Below are positions 53,701 through 62,489 of a stretch of 64,000 nucleotides of DNA, piece by piece. The notes beneath the pieces were generated by a model that saw only the letters and a list, made by a program, of their open reading frames with translations, ran no database searches and was not told where the DNA came from. Within the stretch, counting starts at the first letter, position 1, and each line of letters starts with the position of its first letter. The DNA comes from a virus. Its lineage: Duplodnaviria; Heunggongvirae; Uroviricota; Caudoviricetes. The translations under genes and the position numbers were made by a program. The stretch lies in IMG/VR virus record IMGVR_UViG_3300031758_000005; one strand, 5' to 3'.

Positions 53701-54875
53701 CTGGTAGCAGTGGAACCAGTGGTACCAGTTCTACCCCAGCGTTATCGTTGGCGCAAACATTTGTATTAACTGCATCTGTGAGTCAATTTCAATTGACACA
53801 AAGCGTGGCAAACAAGGATCAAATATTGGTAATATTGGATGGGTTGGTTCAATCCAGATCAGGTAGTTATACAGTTTCAGGATCCACTTTGACTTTGACA
53901 GAAAATGCGCTTTCAGGTTCAAATGTTGATATCAGATATTTTGGTGGTGGTTCTTCTATTAGTAGCAGTTTTTCAAGAAGAGCATTGACCGCGAGTTATT
54001 TGTTGCCTGCTTCAAACAACACAACCAAAGCTATATTTGGTTATGGTTATACTGGTGTAAATTTATCTATGACAAATTTGGTGAGCAACACAGGTGTGGT
54101 TGCAAACGATGTAACAGGAGTTGGTACTGCTAGGTCTAACTTAGCAGCTGCTGGATATAGCAGTGATAAATCTATATTTGGTTATGGTACTACTGGTGCA
54201 GTTGTATCTATGACAAATTTGGTGAGCAACACAGGTGTGGTTGCTACTGACACAACTGGCGTAGGTACTGCTAGAGAAGTATTAGCAGCTGCTAGATATG
54301 GTACAGATAAAGCTATATTTGGTTATGGTTATACTAGTGCTGCTGTATCTATGACTAATTTGGTAAGTAACACAGGCGTGGTTGCAACCGACACAACAGG
54401 TGTTGGCACGGCTAGATGGTCTTTAGCTGCTGTTGGATATGGAACTGATAAAGCTATATTTGGATATGGTACTACTGGTACAAATGTATCTATGACAAAT
54501 TTAGTGAGCAACACAGGTGTAGTTGCTACTGACACAACAGGAGTTGGTACTGCTAGAAGAATTTTAGCAGCTGCTGGATATGGAACTGATAAGGCTATAT
54601 TTGGTTATGGTTATACAAGTACACAAGTATCTATTACAAATTTAGTAAGCAACGCAGGTGTAGTTGCTACTGACACAACAGGAGTAGGTACTGCAAGATA
54701 TTCTTTAGCTGCTGCCGGATATGGAACTGATAAGGCTATATTTGGATATGGTTTTACTAGTACAAATGTATCAATGGTTAATTTGGTATCAAACGTTGGA
54801 GTAGTTGCAAATGATACAACTGGTATAGGTACCGCTAGAGAGCGTTTAGCTGCTGCTGGATATTCGACGACATAA
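50727..54875 (+). CDS. Long modular tail fibre/adhesin with Gly-X-Ser repeats, four ~145-aa repeats and a six-blade Kelch-like C-terminus
   Basis: 1382 aa; repeats visible in the translation; VGIGIATP..KLHI fibre motifs. Confidence 0.8.
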   Translation: MSIKKLDLLRIITSSNYLYNFSSSYSNKALTASYALNASGGGGGTSGTSGAGGSSGTSGTGSPGTSGTSGSSGESGTSGTSGSSGTSGNSGSSGSSGSSGSSGVNGDNGTSGTSATAGSSGTSGVGSPGTSGSSGESGTSGSSGSSATAGSSGTSGVGSPGTSGSSGASGTSGSSGNSGTSGSSGTSVSVSGTTNRLVKFTSASTIGNTSTVHESGSAFLGVGVSSSLVSRLQVYRSGSNSSVLKVDGGSGTLFEVTDNLSGSLFSVNTIAGFPILEVFSNNRMVAGAYGTNALVVSASSVGIGIATPSTKLHIQGNVSGSQFTSSRRNAVGFSGTASYARRALTASFALNASSVGIMRTGSRYPITASRAITASYALASAGGGGGSGTISSGIVNRIPKYTGTTTVGQSFTPIFESGSAFVGVGPISTSLVSRLQVFRSGSNASVLKVDGGSGTLFEVTDNLSGSLFSVNTIAGFPILEVFSNNRIVAGAYGTNALVVSASSVGIGIATPSAKLHIQGNISGSQFTSSRRNAVGFFGTSSFSRRALTASFALNAGGGGTTLRTGSTYPITSSFSRRAITASYALTSAGGGGSGTVSSGVVNRLAKYTGATTVGSSAIVYESGSAFIGIGVTSSLVSSLQVYRSGSNASVLKVDGGSGTLFEVTDNLSGSLFNVNDITGLPIFEVFSNNRIVAGKYAANDLVVSGSRVGMGTATPQAKLHVVGNISGSQFTSSRRNAIGFSGTASYARRALTASYALNASGGGGSTLRTGSTYPITASKTSAIAAGVTNRFVKYTNASAVNSSTMLYESGSAFIGIGITSSLVSSLQVYRSGSNASVLKVDGGSGTLFEVTDNLSGSLFNVNDITGLPIFEVFSNNRIVAGKYAANDLVVSGSRVGIGVATPRAKLHIQGNISGSQFTSSRTNAVGFFGTASYARRALSASYVLGGAAGSSGTSGASGTSGSSGTSGTSGSSGTSGSSGTSGSSGTSGVGSPGSSGTSGTSSTPALSLAQTFVLTASVSQFQLTQSVANKDQILVILDGLVQSRSGSYTVSGSTLTLTENALSGSNVDIRYFGGGSSISSSFSRRALTASYLLPASNNTTKAIFGYGYTGVNLSMTNLVSNTGVVANDVTGVGTARSNLAAAGYSSDKSIFGYGTTGAVVSMTNLVSNTGVVATDTTGVGTAREVLAAARYGTDKAIFGYGYTSAAVSMTNLVSNTGVVATDTTGVGTARWSLAAVGYGTDKAIFGYGTTGTNVSMTNLVSNTGVVATDTTGVGTARRILAAAGYGTDKAIFGYGYTSTQVSITNLVSNAGVVATDTTGVGTARYSLAAAGYGTDKAIFGYGFTSTNVSMVNLVSNVGVVANDTTGIGTARERLAAAGYSTT
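50856..51287 (+). repeat. Coding Gly-X-Ser triplet (collagen-like) repeat
   Basis: (GTS/GSS)n, including TCAAGTGGA x3 at 51000; shorter tracts at about 53562-53729, 62621-62750 and 47300-47410. Confidence 0.85.
51366..53540 (+). repeat. Four internal ~430-bp coding repeats
   Basis: Copies start at 51366, 51972, 52588 and 53148 (ESGSAF..LKVDGGSGTLFEVTDNLSGSLF); copies 1/2 and 3/4 are pairwise closer. Confidence 0.85.
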
Positions 54876-54888
54876 AATATAAAATAAT

Positions 54889-57240
54889 ATGCCATTTACA
54901 AGATTACGACAATCAATGATTAAGCCAAATGGATCTATAACAGGATCATTAAGTGGCACTAGTAGTTATTCAAGAAGAACATTGACCGCGAGTTATGCTT
55001 TGAATGCAAGTGGAGGTTCAATTAGTTATATTACAGGTTCGCCTGTGGTTGGACAATATATTGTTGTGAGTGGTAGTAATACAACTCAGTATGCATTAAT
55101 ACAAAACGTAACTAATCCAGAACATTTGTTAGTATCTGTAAATGGCGTTGTACAAAATTATAGTTCAAGTTATACAGTTACTGGTTCTACACTTAATTTT
55201 TATCAACCATATGATGACGGTGATGAAATTGATGTAAGATTCTTAAATGGTGGTACTACCGTACAAACAGGTAGCATTGCGAAACAAACAGTTTGGACCA
55301 ATGTAACTTCAGGTAGTACAAATACTATAACTGGACTAAGCTTAAGTAGCAACAAGTGGGATGTAAGCGTGGTAGAAGAATGGGATGCTGCGACACTTGA
55401 TCAGTACTACAATAGTTGTAGCTTGTTGTGTCATTTTGACAGTATAAATTCTGCGGGAAGATTTATTGATAATAGCAGAAATAATTTTGCGATTACATCA
55501 AGTGGTGGAGCAGGATTGAGCACATCACAATATAAATTTGGTGGGGCTAGTGCTTATTTTGATGGAAGTGGTGATTACTTAACAACACCTTTGTCGTCAA
55601 ATCTTCAATTTGGCACTGGAGATTTTACCATAGAATGTTGGAATTATATGATTGCTAGAATCAATAGTTTTCCGACAATATTTTCTAATTACAACAGTTA
55701 TACAGTCGGCGCATTATCTTTATTCGCAGGTCATAGTTCAGGAACAACTACGTCATATCAAGTTGCAATAAATGGCGCTGCGTTCCCTACTATTCAAGGT
55801 GGAACAATTGAGTATAATACCTGGGTACATTTAGCAGTAGTTCGTAACAGTGGTACAATTAAATTATATGTGAATGGTACAAGTGTTGGTACTCCGTATA
55901 GTACCGCTGTAACATTAAATGGAGTAGGATCACTTTTTTATATAGGAACAACTGGCGATAATATAGCTGCAGGTTATATTAATGGTTATATAGATGAATT
56001 TAGAATTACCAAAGGTGTTGCAAGATATACCAGTAATTTTACACCGCCTTCTGCACCATTTCCAAATTCACGTAATCAAGTGCTTACAAGGTATGTGGGT
56101 TTGGTGGGTGGTATAGATGATAAATATGTGGATTATGGTGTACAGAAGTTAAGCAACAGTTCGCTTAAATTGACAAGGCTTACATATCCAAATCAACCTA
56201 TAGTTGGTAGCGGATCATTGAGTGGCAGTGTAAGCAGAGTATATGTAAATGTATTGGATTATGATAATGTTTCAATATCTGGCAGTATAAGTAATGCTGT
56301 TACTGCTAGTTTTGCTTTAAATTCAGCAACTAGCAGGGTTGCATTATCAGCTAGTTACTTAATACCCACTTCAAATAACACAACCAAAGCTATATTTGGT
56401 TATGGTTATAATGGCAGTGTAGCTGTATCTATGACCAATTTAGTTAGTAATACAGGCGTAGTTGCAAATGATACAACAGGTGTAGGTACCGTTAGGTATC
56501 AATTAGCCGCTGCTGGATATGGAACTGATAAAGCTATATTTGGTTATGGTTATGCGACTTCTGTATATGTATCTATGACCAATTTAGTTAATAACACAGG
56601 TGTTGTATCTACAGATACAACAGGTGTAGGTACTGCTAGAGAAGCATTAGCTGCGGCTGGATATGGCACTGATAAAGCTATATTTGGTTATGGTACTACT
56701 GGTACAAATGTATCTATGACTAATTTGGTAAGTAATACTGGAGTGGTTTCAACAGATACAACTGGCGTAGGTAGTGCTAGAAGCAATTTGGCAGCAGCTG
56801 GATATGGAACTGATAAAGCTATATTTGGTTATGGTTATACAATCGCAAATGTATCTATGACCAATTTGGTAAGTAATACTGGCGTGGTTTCAACAGATAC
56901 AACTGGTGTAGGTACTGCTAGAAGAGATCTACGTGCAGCTAGATATGGAAATGATAAAGCTATTTTTGGTTATGGTTTAACCAGTGTAAATGTATCTATA
57001 ACTAATTTGGTATCAAACGTTGGAGTGGTTGCAACTGACACAACTGGTGTTGGCACCAATAGAATACAATTAGCTGCTGCTGGATATGGTGTTGATAAAG
57101 CTATATTTGGTTATGGTTATACTACTGCAGAAGTTTCTATGGTTAATTTAGTAAGTAATACAGGTGTAGTTGCGAATGACACAACGGGAATTGGTACTGC
57201 TAGAAGACTTTTAGCTGCATCTGGATATAGTACCAGTTAA
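54889..57240 (+). CDS. Tail fibre/adhesin with LamG (concanavalin A-like) domain and six-blade Kelch-like C-terminus
   Basis: FDGSGDYL, DFTIECW, WVHLAVVR, GYIDEFRITKGVARY; six KAIFGYG repeats. Confidence 0.82.
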   Translation: MPFTRLRQSMIKPNGSITGSLSGTSSYSRRTLTASYALNASGGSISYITGSPVVGQYIVVSGSNTTQYALIQNVTNPEHLLVSVNGVVQNYSSSYTVTGSTLNFYQPYDDGDEIDVRFLNGGTTVQTGSIAKQTVWTNVTSGSTNTITGLSLSSNKWDVSVVEEWDAATLDQYYNSCSLLCHFDSINSAGRFIDNSRNNFAITSSGGAGLSTSQYKFGGASAYFDGSGDYLTTPLSSNLQFGTGDFTIECWNYMIARINSFPTIFSNYNSYTVGALSLFAGHSSGTTTSYQVAINGAAFPTIQGGTIEYNTWVHLAVVRNSGTIKLYVNGTSVGTPYSTAVTLNGVGSLFYIGTTGDNIAAGYINGYIDEFRITKGVARYTSNFTPPSAPFPNSRNQVLTRYVGLVGGIDDKYVDYGVQKLSNSSLKLTRLTYPNQPIVGSGSLSGSVSRVYVNVLDYDNVSISGSISNAVTASFALNSATSRVALSASYLIPTSNNTTKAIFGYGYNGSVAVSMTNLVSNTGVVANDTTGVGTVRYQLAAAGYGTDKAIFGYGYATSVYVSMTNLVNNTGVVSTDTTGVGTAREALAAAGYGTDKAIFGYGTTGTNVSMTNLVSNTGVVSTDTTGVGSARSNLAAAGYGTDKAIFGYGYTIANVSMTNLVSNTGVVSTDTTGVGTARRDLRAARYGNDKAIFGYGLTSVNVSITNLVSNVGVVATDTTGVGTNRIQLAAAGYGVDKAIFGYGYTTAEVSMVNLVSNTGVVANDTTGIGTARRLLAASGYSTS

Positions 57241-57282
57241 AAATGAATGTGGTAATAAAACGACATTAACTATTTATAAAGT

Positions 57283-59364
57283 ATGCCTGCATTAGGAAAA
57301 ACAAAAGTATCACCCAGTTTAATTTCAACAGGATCATTATTTCTTGGTACATCCAGTTACGCTGTTACCGCTTCATTCGCTTTGAATTCAAGTGGAGGTG
57401 GTGGCGGAGGATCAGTTCAAACAGGCAGTATTGCGAAACAAACAGTTTGGACCAATGTAACCTCAGGCAGCACAAACACAATAACCAGCTTAAATTTGAG
57501 TAGCAACAAATGGGATGTAAGCGTGGTGGAAGAATGGGATGCTGCAACATTGGATCAATATTATAATAGCTGTAGCTTGTTGTGTCATTTTGATAGTTTG
57601 AATCCTTCTGGAAGATTTATTGATAATAGCAGAAACAATTTTAAGATAACATCAAGTGGTGATGCTAAATTAAGCACCTCGCAATATAAATTTGGTGGAG
57701 CAAGTGCTTATTTTGATGGTACAATTGATTATTTGTTAATACCCGATAACAATGCATTTGAATTGGGTAGTTCAGATTTTACATTAGAATCGTTTGTTTA
57801 TTTTGTAACACTGCCATCTTCTAATGGATATTACTCAACTATAATATCAAAATGGTCATCAAGCAATAATTCTTATTTTATTTATTTATATAATAATGCT
57901 GGAACTTATCAATTATATTTAACTTATTCAACTAACGGAACGTCTAACACAAATTTAGGTGTAAATTGGACTCCGAATGTTGGTCAGTGGTATCACATTG
58001 CATGTGTAAGAAGTTCTACAAATGTATATTTCTGGGTCAACGGCGTTCAACAAGGCGCAACACAATCTATTTCTGGAACATTATATAATGGCACGGCACC
58101 TCTAGAAATAGGAGCAAATATATTGGGATCATCAAATACAGTTTTAAATGGATATTTAGATGAATTAAGAATAACAAAAGGTGTAGCAAGATATACCGCT
58201 AATTTTACACCTCCTTCCGCGCCATTTCCAAATTCAAGAAATCAAGTGCTTACAAGGTATGTGGGTTTGGTTGGTGGCATTGATGATAAGTATGTGGATT
58301 ATGGTGTTGAGAAGTTAAGCAACAGTTCGCTTAAATTGACACGATTAACTTATCCAAATCAACCGTTAATTGGCAGTGGATCATTGAGTGGCAGTGTAAG
58401 CAGAGTGTATGTAAATGTATTGGATTATACTAATGTGAGTGTAACCAGCAGTTATGCTAGAAATTCTTTGTCAGCAAGTTATTTAATACCCACTTCAAAT
58501 AATACAACCAAAGCTATATTTGGATATGGTTATACTAGTGCAAATGTATCTATGACGAACTTGGTAAATAACACAGGCGTTGTTGCAACGGATACAACTG
58601 GCGTAGGTAGTGCTAGAAGCAATTTGGCAGCAGCTGGATATGGAACTGATAAAGCTATATTTGGTTATGGTTATACTACAGGAAATGTGTCATTAACAAA
58701 TTTGGTAAGTAATACTGGCGTAGTTGCTACAGATACAACAGGCATAGGTACTGATAGAAGATCATTAGCAGCTTCTACCTATGGAAATGATAAAGCTATA
58801 TTTGGATATGGTTATACCACAGGAGTTGTATCTATAGTTAATTTGGTATCTAATACTGGTGTAGTTGCTACAGATACAACAGGCATAGGTACCGCTAGAT
58901 ATAGTCCCGCAGCTGCTAGATATGGTGGTGATAAAGCTATATTCGGATATGGTACTACTGGTGCAAATGTATCTATAGTTAATTTGGTATCTAATATTGG
59001 TGTAGTTGCAAATGATACTACAGGAATTGGTACTGCTAGAGAATCACTATCGGCTGCGGGATATGGAGGTGATAAAGCTATATTTGGATATGGTTATACC
59101 ACAGGAGTTGTATCTATGACAAATTTGGTAAATAATACTGGGGTAGTTGCAAATGATGTAACAGGTGTTGGTACCGCTAGATGGCAGTTAGCTGCTGCGG
59201 GATATGGTGGTGATAAAGCTATATTCGGATATGGTTATAATAGTAGCAATGCTGTTGTATCTATTACAAATTTAGTAAGCAGCACGGGTGTAGTTGCGAC
59301 TGATACAACGGGTGTAGGCACTGCTAGAAGAATTTTAGCAGCTGCAGGTTATTCGACAACATAA
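57283..59364 (+). CDS. Paralogous tail fibre/adhesin with LamG domain and six-blade Kelch-like C-terminus
   Basis: DFTLESF, WYHIACVR, GYLDELRITKGVARY; six KAIFGYG repeats; TATTTATA 4 nt upstream. Confidence 0.82.
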   Translation: MPALGKTKVSPSLISTGSLFLGTSSYAVTASFALNSSGGGGGGSVQTGSIAKQTVWTNVTSGSTNTITSLNLSSNKWDVSVVEEWDAATLDQYYNSCSLLCHFDSLNPSGRFIDNSRNNFKITSSGDAKLSTSQYKFGGASAYFDGTIDYLLIPDNNAFELGSSDFTLESFVYFVTLPSSNGYYSTIISKWSSSNNSYFIYLYNNAGTYQLYLTYSTNGTSNTNLGVNWTPNVGQWYHIACVRSSTNVYFWVNGVQQGATQSISGTLYNGTAPLEIGANILGSSNTVLNGYLDELRITKGVARYTANFTPPSAPFPNSRNQVLTRYVGLVGGIDDKYVDYGVEKLSNSSLKLTRLTYPNQPLIGSGSLSGSVSRVYVNVLDYTNVSVTSSYARNSLSASYLIPTSNNTTKAIFGYGYTSANVSMTNLVNNTGVVATDTTGVGSARSNLAAAGYGTDKAIFGYGYTTGNVSLTNLVSNTGVVATDTTGIGTDRRSLAASTYGNDKAIFGYGYTTGVVSIVNLVSNTGVVATDTTGIGTARYSPAAARYGGDKAIFGYGTTGANVSIVNLVSNIGVVANDTTGIGTARESLSAAGYGGDKAIFGYGYTTGVVSMTNLVNNTGVVANDVTGVGTARWQLAAAGYGGDKAIFGYGYNSSNAVVSITNLVSSTGVVATDTTGVGTARRILAAAGYSTT

Positions 59365-59386
59365 ACAATATATATTAAACAAACAT

Positions 59387-59995
59387 ATGGCATCAAATCT
59401 AAATTCTGAATTTAATTATCGTTATCAAGTTATAGGTAGTACCCCGTGGGAAAAGTTAAAAACATTAAAAGGTTTTCTTGTGGGTAGAAAAAGAGCAGCT
59501 GTTTTGGAACAAGTAGCTGATTTAAAATATAAAGCCAAATTATCTGAACTAAAACATCTAAAAGAATTACCAGCATTACCGCACGTAATTTTAAACTTAG
59601 AAGCAGAAATATTAGAACTTGAATCACATCTTGATGATCAAAAACATGCATTTGAATTAAACCGACAAGAAATAAAGATTTTAGAAAATCTAATAACAGA
59701 ACTATATACAATAGTTGAACCCACCAGAATACCTGGTTATACAGATGACCAAATGTTTGAAGCCAATGCTAATAACGAATTTACTGTAACAATCGGACGG
59801 GAAATACAAGCAGAAATTATTGCCAATGGCAGACCATCCCCAGCCAAATTGTTAAACGCAATGAGCAATCCACAAACACTTGAATCATTGAAACTTGTGG
59901 GGTTAGTACCAAAAGAAACACTTTTATTGGAACAAAAAGATATTGTTGATGCATTGAAGTTAAACAACATAAACGAACCAAAACTAATACAATAA
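59387..59995 (+). CDS. Hypothetical coiled-coil protein
   Basis: 202-aa ORF within the fibre cluster. Confidence 0.6.
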   Translation: MASNLNSEFNYRYQVIGSTPWEKLKTLKGFLVGRKRAAVLEQVADLKYKAKLSELKHLKELPALPHVILNLEAEILELESHLDDQKHAFELNRQEIKILENLITELYTIVEPTRIPGYTDDQMFEANANNEFTVTIGREIQAEIIANGRPSPAKLLNAMSNPQTLESLKLVGLVPKETLLLEQKDIVDALKLNNINEPKLIQ

Positions 59996-59996
59996 T

Positions 59997-60374
59997 ATGA
60001 AACTTTATATATTACCAGCTACAAACTTTGAATCTTTGTTTGGAAGTCCAATGGAAAGAAAACAAGTTGATGATGTTGTAATCATTGCGCAAACACCAGA
60101 TTGTTCCAGTTTCTTGGTATTATCCAAAACAAATTATACAGCTTTGGAACCATTTGTCAGTTATGATGGATTTGATTTTACATATTGTCAACAATGGGGA
60201 TTAACAATAAATGAAGAAGTGGTTGTAAGAACCATATCTGACCTAAGAAAAAATGCATATCCACCAATGGCAAATTATTTGGATGCTATTGTGAAAAATG
60301 ATAATGAAGCACTGCAAACATATCTTGATGCGTGTCTTGCAGTAAAAGAAAAATACACTAAATTAGAATCTTGA
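59997..60374 (+). CDS. Putative tail-fibre assembly chaperone
   Basis: C-terminal LRKNAYPPMANYLDAIVK..CLAVKEKYTK resembles the R..YP..QLD..AVK.KYPK chaperone motif. Confidence 0.5.
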   Translation: MKLYILPATNFESLFGSPMERKQVDDVVIIAQTPDCSSFLVLSKTNYTALEPFVSYDGFDFTYCQQWGLTINEEVVVRTISDLRKNAYPPMANYLDAIVKNDNEALQTYLDACLAVKEKYTKLES

Positions 60375-60378
60375 ATTT

Positions 60379-61110
60379 ATGTATTACGGACCAAAGATTG
60401 TAACAAGTGGATTAGTATTGTGTTTGGATGCGGCTAATAAACGTAGTTATCCTGGCACTGGTACCACTTGGACAGATTTGAGTGGTAATAGTAATAATGG
60501 TACACTAATAAACGGTCCTACTTTTAACGCGGGTAATCAAGGTGGTATAGTGTTCGATGGTACCAATGATTATATATCTATTGGTAGTCAGAATATAGTT
60601 GGAACTGGTACGTCTCCATTCTCTGTGGAATTATGTATATATAATACTAAAAATTGGGGTGTTGGACAATATACGATGCCTTTTAGGGTTAAACAAGATA
60701 GTGAATTTTTTGTTACATTGTACAATCCATCAGGAACTTTATTAAGTACTCCGATTTTCAGAGGATACTACACTCAGTGGGCTACACCAGTTACCCAATC
60801 TGATTTTGTGAATAAATGGATATTTTTGAATTATGTATATAATGGCGGAGATAAAAGTACGGCAACATCATATGTTTCATATTTAAATGGGGTTCAACTC
60901 CCAACGGGAACTATAAACAATGGACCAGCCAACGGTGGGTTGGCATCTAATTGTAATATTATCGGCGTAGATGGAGATAATGGATGTAATAGTATTAATA
61001 GTGGATTACTGCAAGGTAAAATAAGTTTGTATAAATTGTACAACAGAGCATTAAGTGCAGCTGAAGTATTGCAAAATTATAACGCAACTAAAAGTAGATT
61101 TGGATTATAA
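60379..61110 (+). CDS. LamG-domain virion protein
   Basis: GLVLCLDAAN..SYPG.GTTWTDLSG..FDGTNDY..YNRALS..QNYNA. Confidence 0.8.
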   Translation: MYYGPKIVTSGLVLCLDAANKRSYPGTGTTWTDLSGNSNNGTLINGPTFNAGNQGGIVFDGTNDYISIGSQNIVGTGTSPFSVELCIYNTKNWGVGQYTMPFRVKQDSEFFVTLYNPSGTLLSTPIFRGYYTQWATPVTQSDFVNKWIFLNYVYNGGDKSTATSYVSYLNGVQLPTGTINNGPANGGLASNCNIIGVDGDNGCNSINSGLLQGKISLYKLYNRALSAAEVLQNYNATKSRFGL

Positions 61111-61119
61111 TTATAGTAT

Positions 61120-61779
61120 ATGGCAGGTAAAAGTGGACCAGATATTGTTGAAAATGGATTGGTATTGTGTTTGGATGCGGCTAATAAACTTAGCTATCGT
61201 GGCACAGGCACAACGTGGACTGATTTGAGTGGTAATAACAATACGAGTACACTAATAAACGGTCCTACATTTAGTACGGCTAATTTGGGTAGTATCGTAT
61301 TTGATGGTACCGATGATTATGTAAATTGTGGTAATGGTGCCTCTCTGAAATTAACTTCAGGAACAGTAACTGTGTGGATGAAGACTACTTCTACAGCTGT
61401 AGCTTATCAAGGTATAGTGGTTAAGGCACTCAACTACGGAATATATAATTATGGTGGTAATTTACTTCTTTACGATTGGGGTGCAGACACTAATAGAAAT
61501 TCGGGTATATCTATTTCTGATGGAAATTGGAGATTTATTACATTAAATTTTGCTAGTAATTCAGCAAACAACGCAAAGGTATATATAAACGGTGTATTAG
61601 TATATACCACAACGATGTATAAAACTAGTGATGATTACAGTTTAGGTATTTCTACAGGCAGTAGTGGATCTCAACTTTTTCCAGGCACTATTGGCAGTGT
61701 ACAAATATACAACAGAGAATTAACTGCAACTGAAATATTACAAAATTATAACGCAACTAAAAGTAGATTTGGAAGATAA
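61120..61779 (+). CDS. LamG-domain virion protein (paralogue)
   Basis: Same N- and C-terminal frame as 60379, with a divergent core. Confidence 0.8.
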   Translation: MAGKSGPDIVENGLVLCLDAANKLSYRGTGTTWTDLSGNNNTSTLINGPTFSTANLGSIVFDGTDDYVNCGNGASLKLTSGTVTVWMKTTSTAVAYQGIVVKALNYGIYNYGGNLLLYDWGADTNRNSGISISDGNWRFITLNFASNSANNAKVYINGVLVYTTTMYKTSDDYSLGISTGSSGSQLFPGTIGSVQIYNRELTATEILQNYNATKSRFGR

Positions 61780-61790
61780 TTATACTGTAT

Positions 61791-62444
61791 ATGGGTATAT
61801 CTAGAGGACCAAAAATTGTATCAAGCGGATTAGTATTGTGTTTGGATGCGGCTAATAAAGTGAGTTATCCTGGCAGTGGTACCACTTGGACAGATTTAAG
61901 CGGTAATAACAATACAGGTACTCTTACAAATGGTCCTACATTTAGCGCTGGTAATCAAGGTAGTATAGTTTTTGATGGTACCAATGATTATGTAAATATA
62001 AGTTCATTAATAACTGGAAATCAATCTTTTTCTTGGGGTGCTTGGATTAATCCCACTGCAACAGGAACGCCTGTGCTTTTTGGAAATGTTTCTACTGGAT
62101 TAGCAATGCTTTCGTATTGGGACTCTGCCAATAATAAAGTGAGAGTTGGTACTTATGGTAATGATAGATTAACATCAGGAACTGCAATTCCACCTTCTAC
62201 TTGGGGATATACTTTTTGGACTTGGAATGGAACTACGTTAACTTCATATACAAATGGAATTGCAGACGGAACGGCGACTGGATTTTCATTTAATATTTCA
62301 AGTTTATATACAACTATAGGCAATGCTGTAAATAGTCAATATTTTAATGGTCGTATATCACAAACTTTAGTTTACAACAGAGCATTAAGTGCAACTGAAG
62401 TATTGCAAAATTATAATGCTGTAAAAGGTAGATTTGGAAGATAA
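61791..62444 (+). CDS. LamG-domain virion protein (paralogue)
   Basis: Same N- and C-terminal frame as 60379, with a divergent core. Confidence 0.8.
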   Translation: MGISRGPKIVSSGLVLCLDAANKVSYPGSGTTWTDLSGNNNTGTLTNGPTFSAGNQGSIVFDGTNDYVNISSLITGNQSFSWGAWINPTATGTPVLFGNVSTGLAMLSYWDSANNKVRVGTYGNDRLTSGTAIPPSTWGYTFWTWNGTTLTSYTNGIADGTATGFSFNISSLYTTIGNAVNSQYFNGRISQTLVYNRALSATEVLQNYNAVKGRFGR

Positions 62445-62489
62445 ATATCTTAATTTGATGAATGTGTATAATTATGATATTTATATGAT

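Noticed and set aside
50825-54895. Antisense ORFs over the fibre genes (e.g. 50825-51349, 52988-53449, 54611-54895, also 46942-47433)
   Set aside because: These are shadow frames produced by Gly/Ser/Thr codon repeats that lack stops on the opposite strand; they have low-complexity Pro/Leu/Val translations and no independent start signals.
54015-59361. Diversity-generating retroelement acting on the hypervariable blade positions
   Set aside because: No reverse transcriptase, accessory gene or non-coding template repeat is in the window, and the differences are not restricted to adenine positions of one template. A DGR elsewhere in the genome cannot be excluded.
50856-59361. CRISPR array suggested by regularly spaced repeats
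   Set aside because: The repeats are in-frame, degenerate at third positions and lie inside long ORFs. There is no fixed repeat with unique spacers and no cas operon; the nuclease at 1-693 is a generic PD-(D/E)XK protein.
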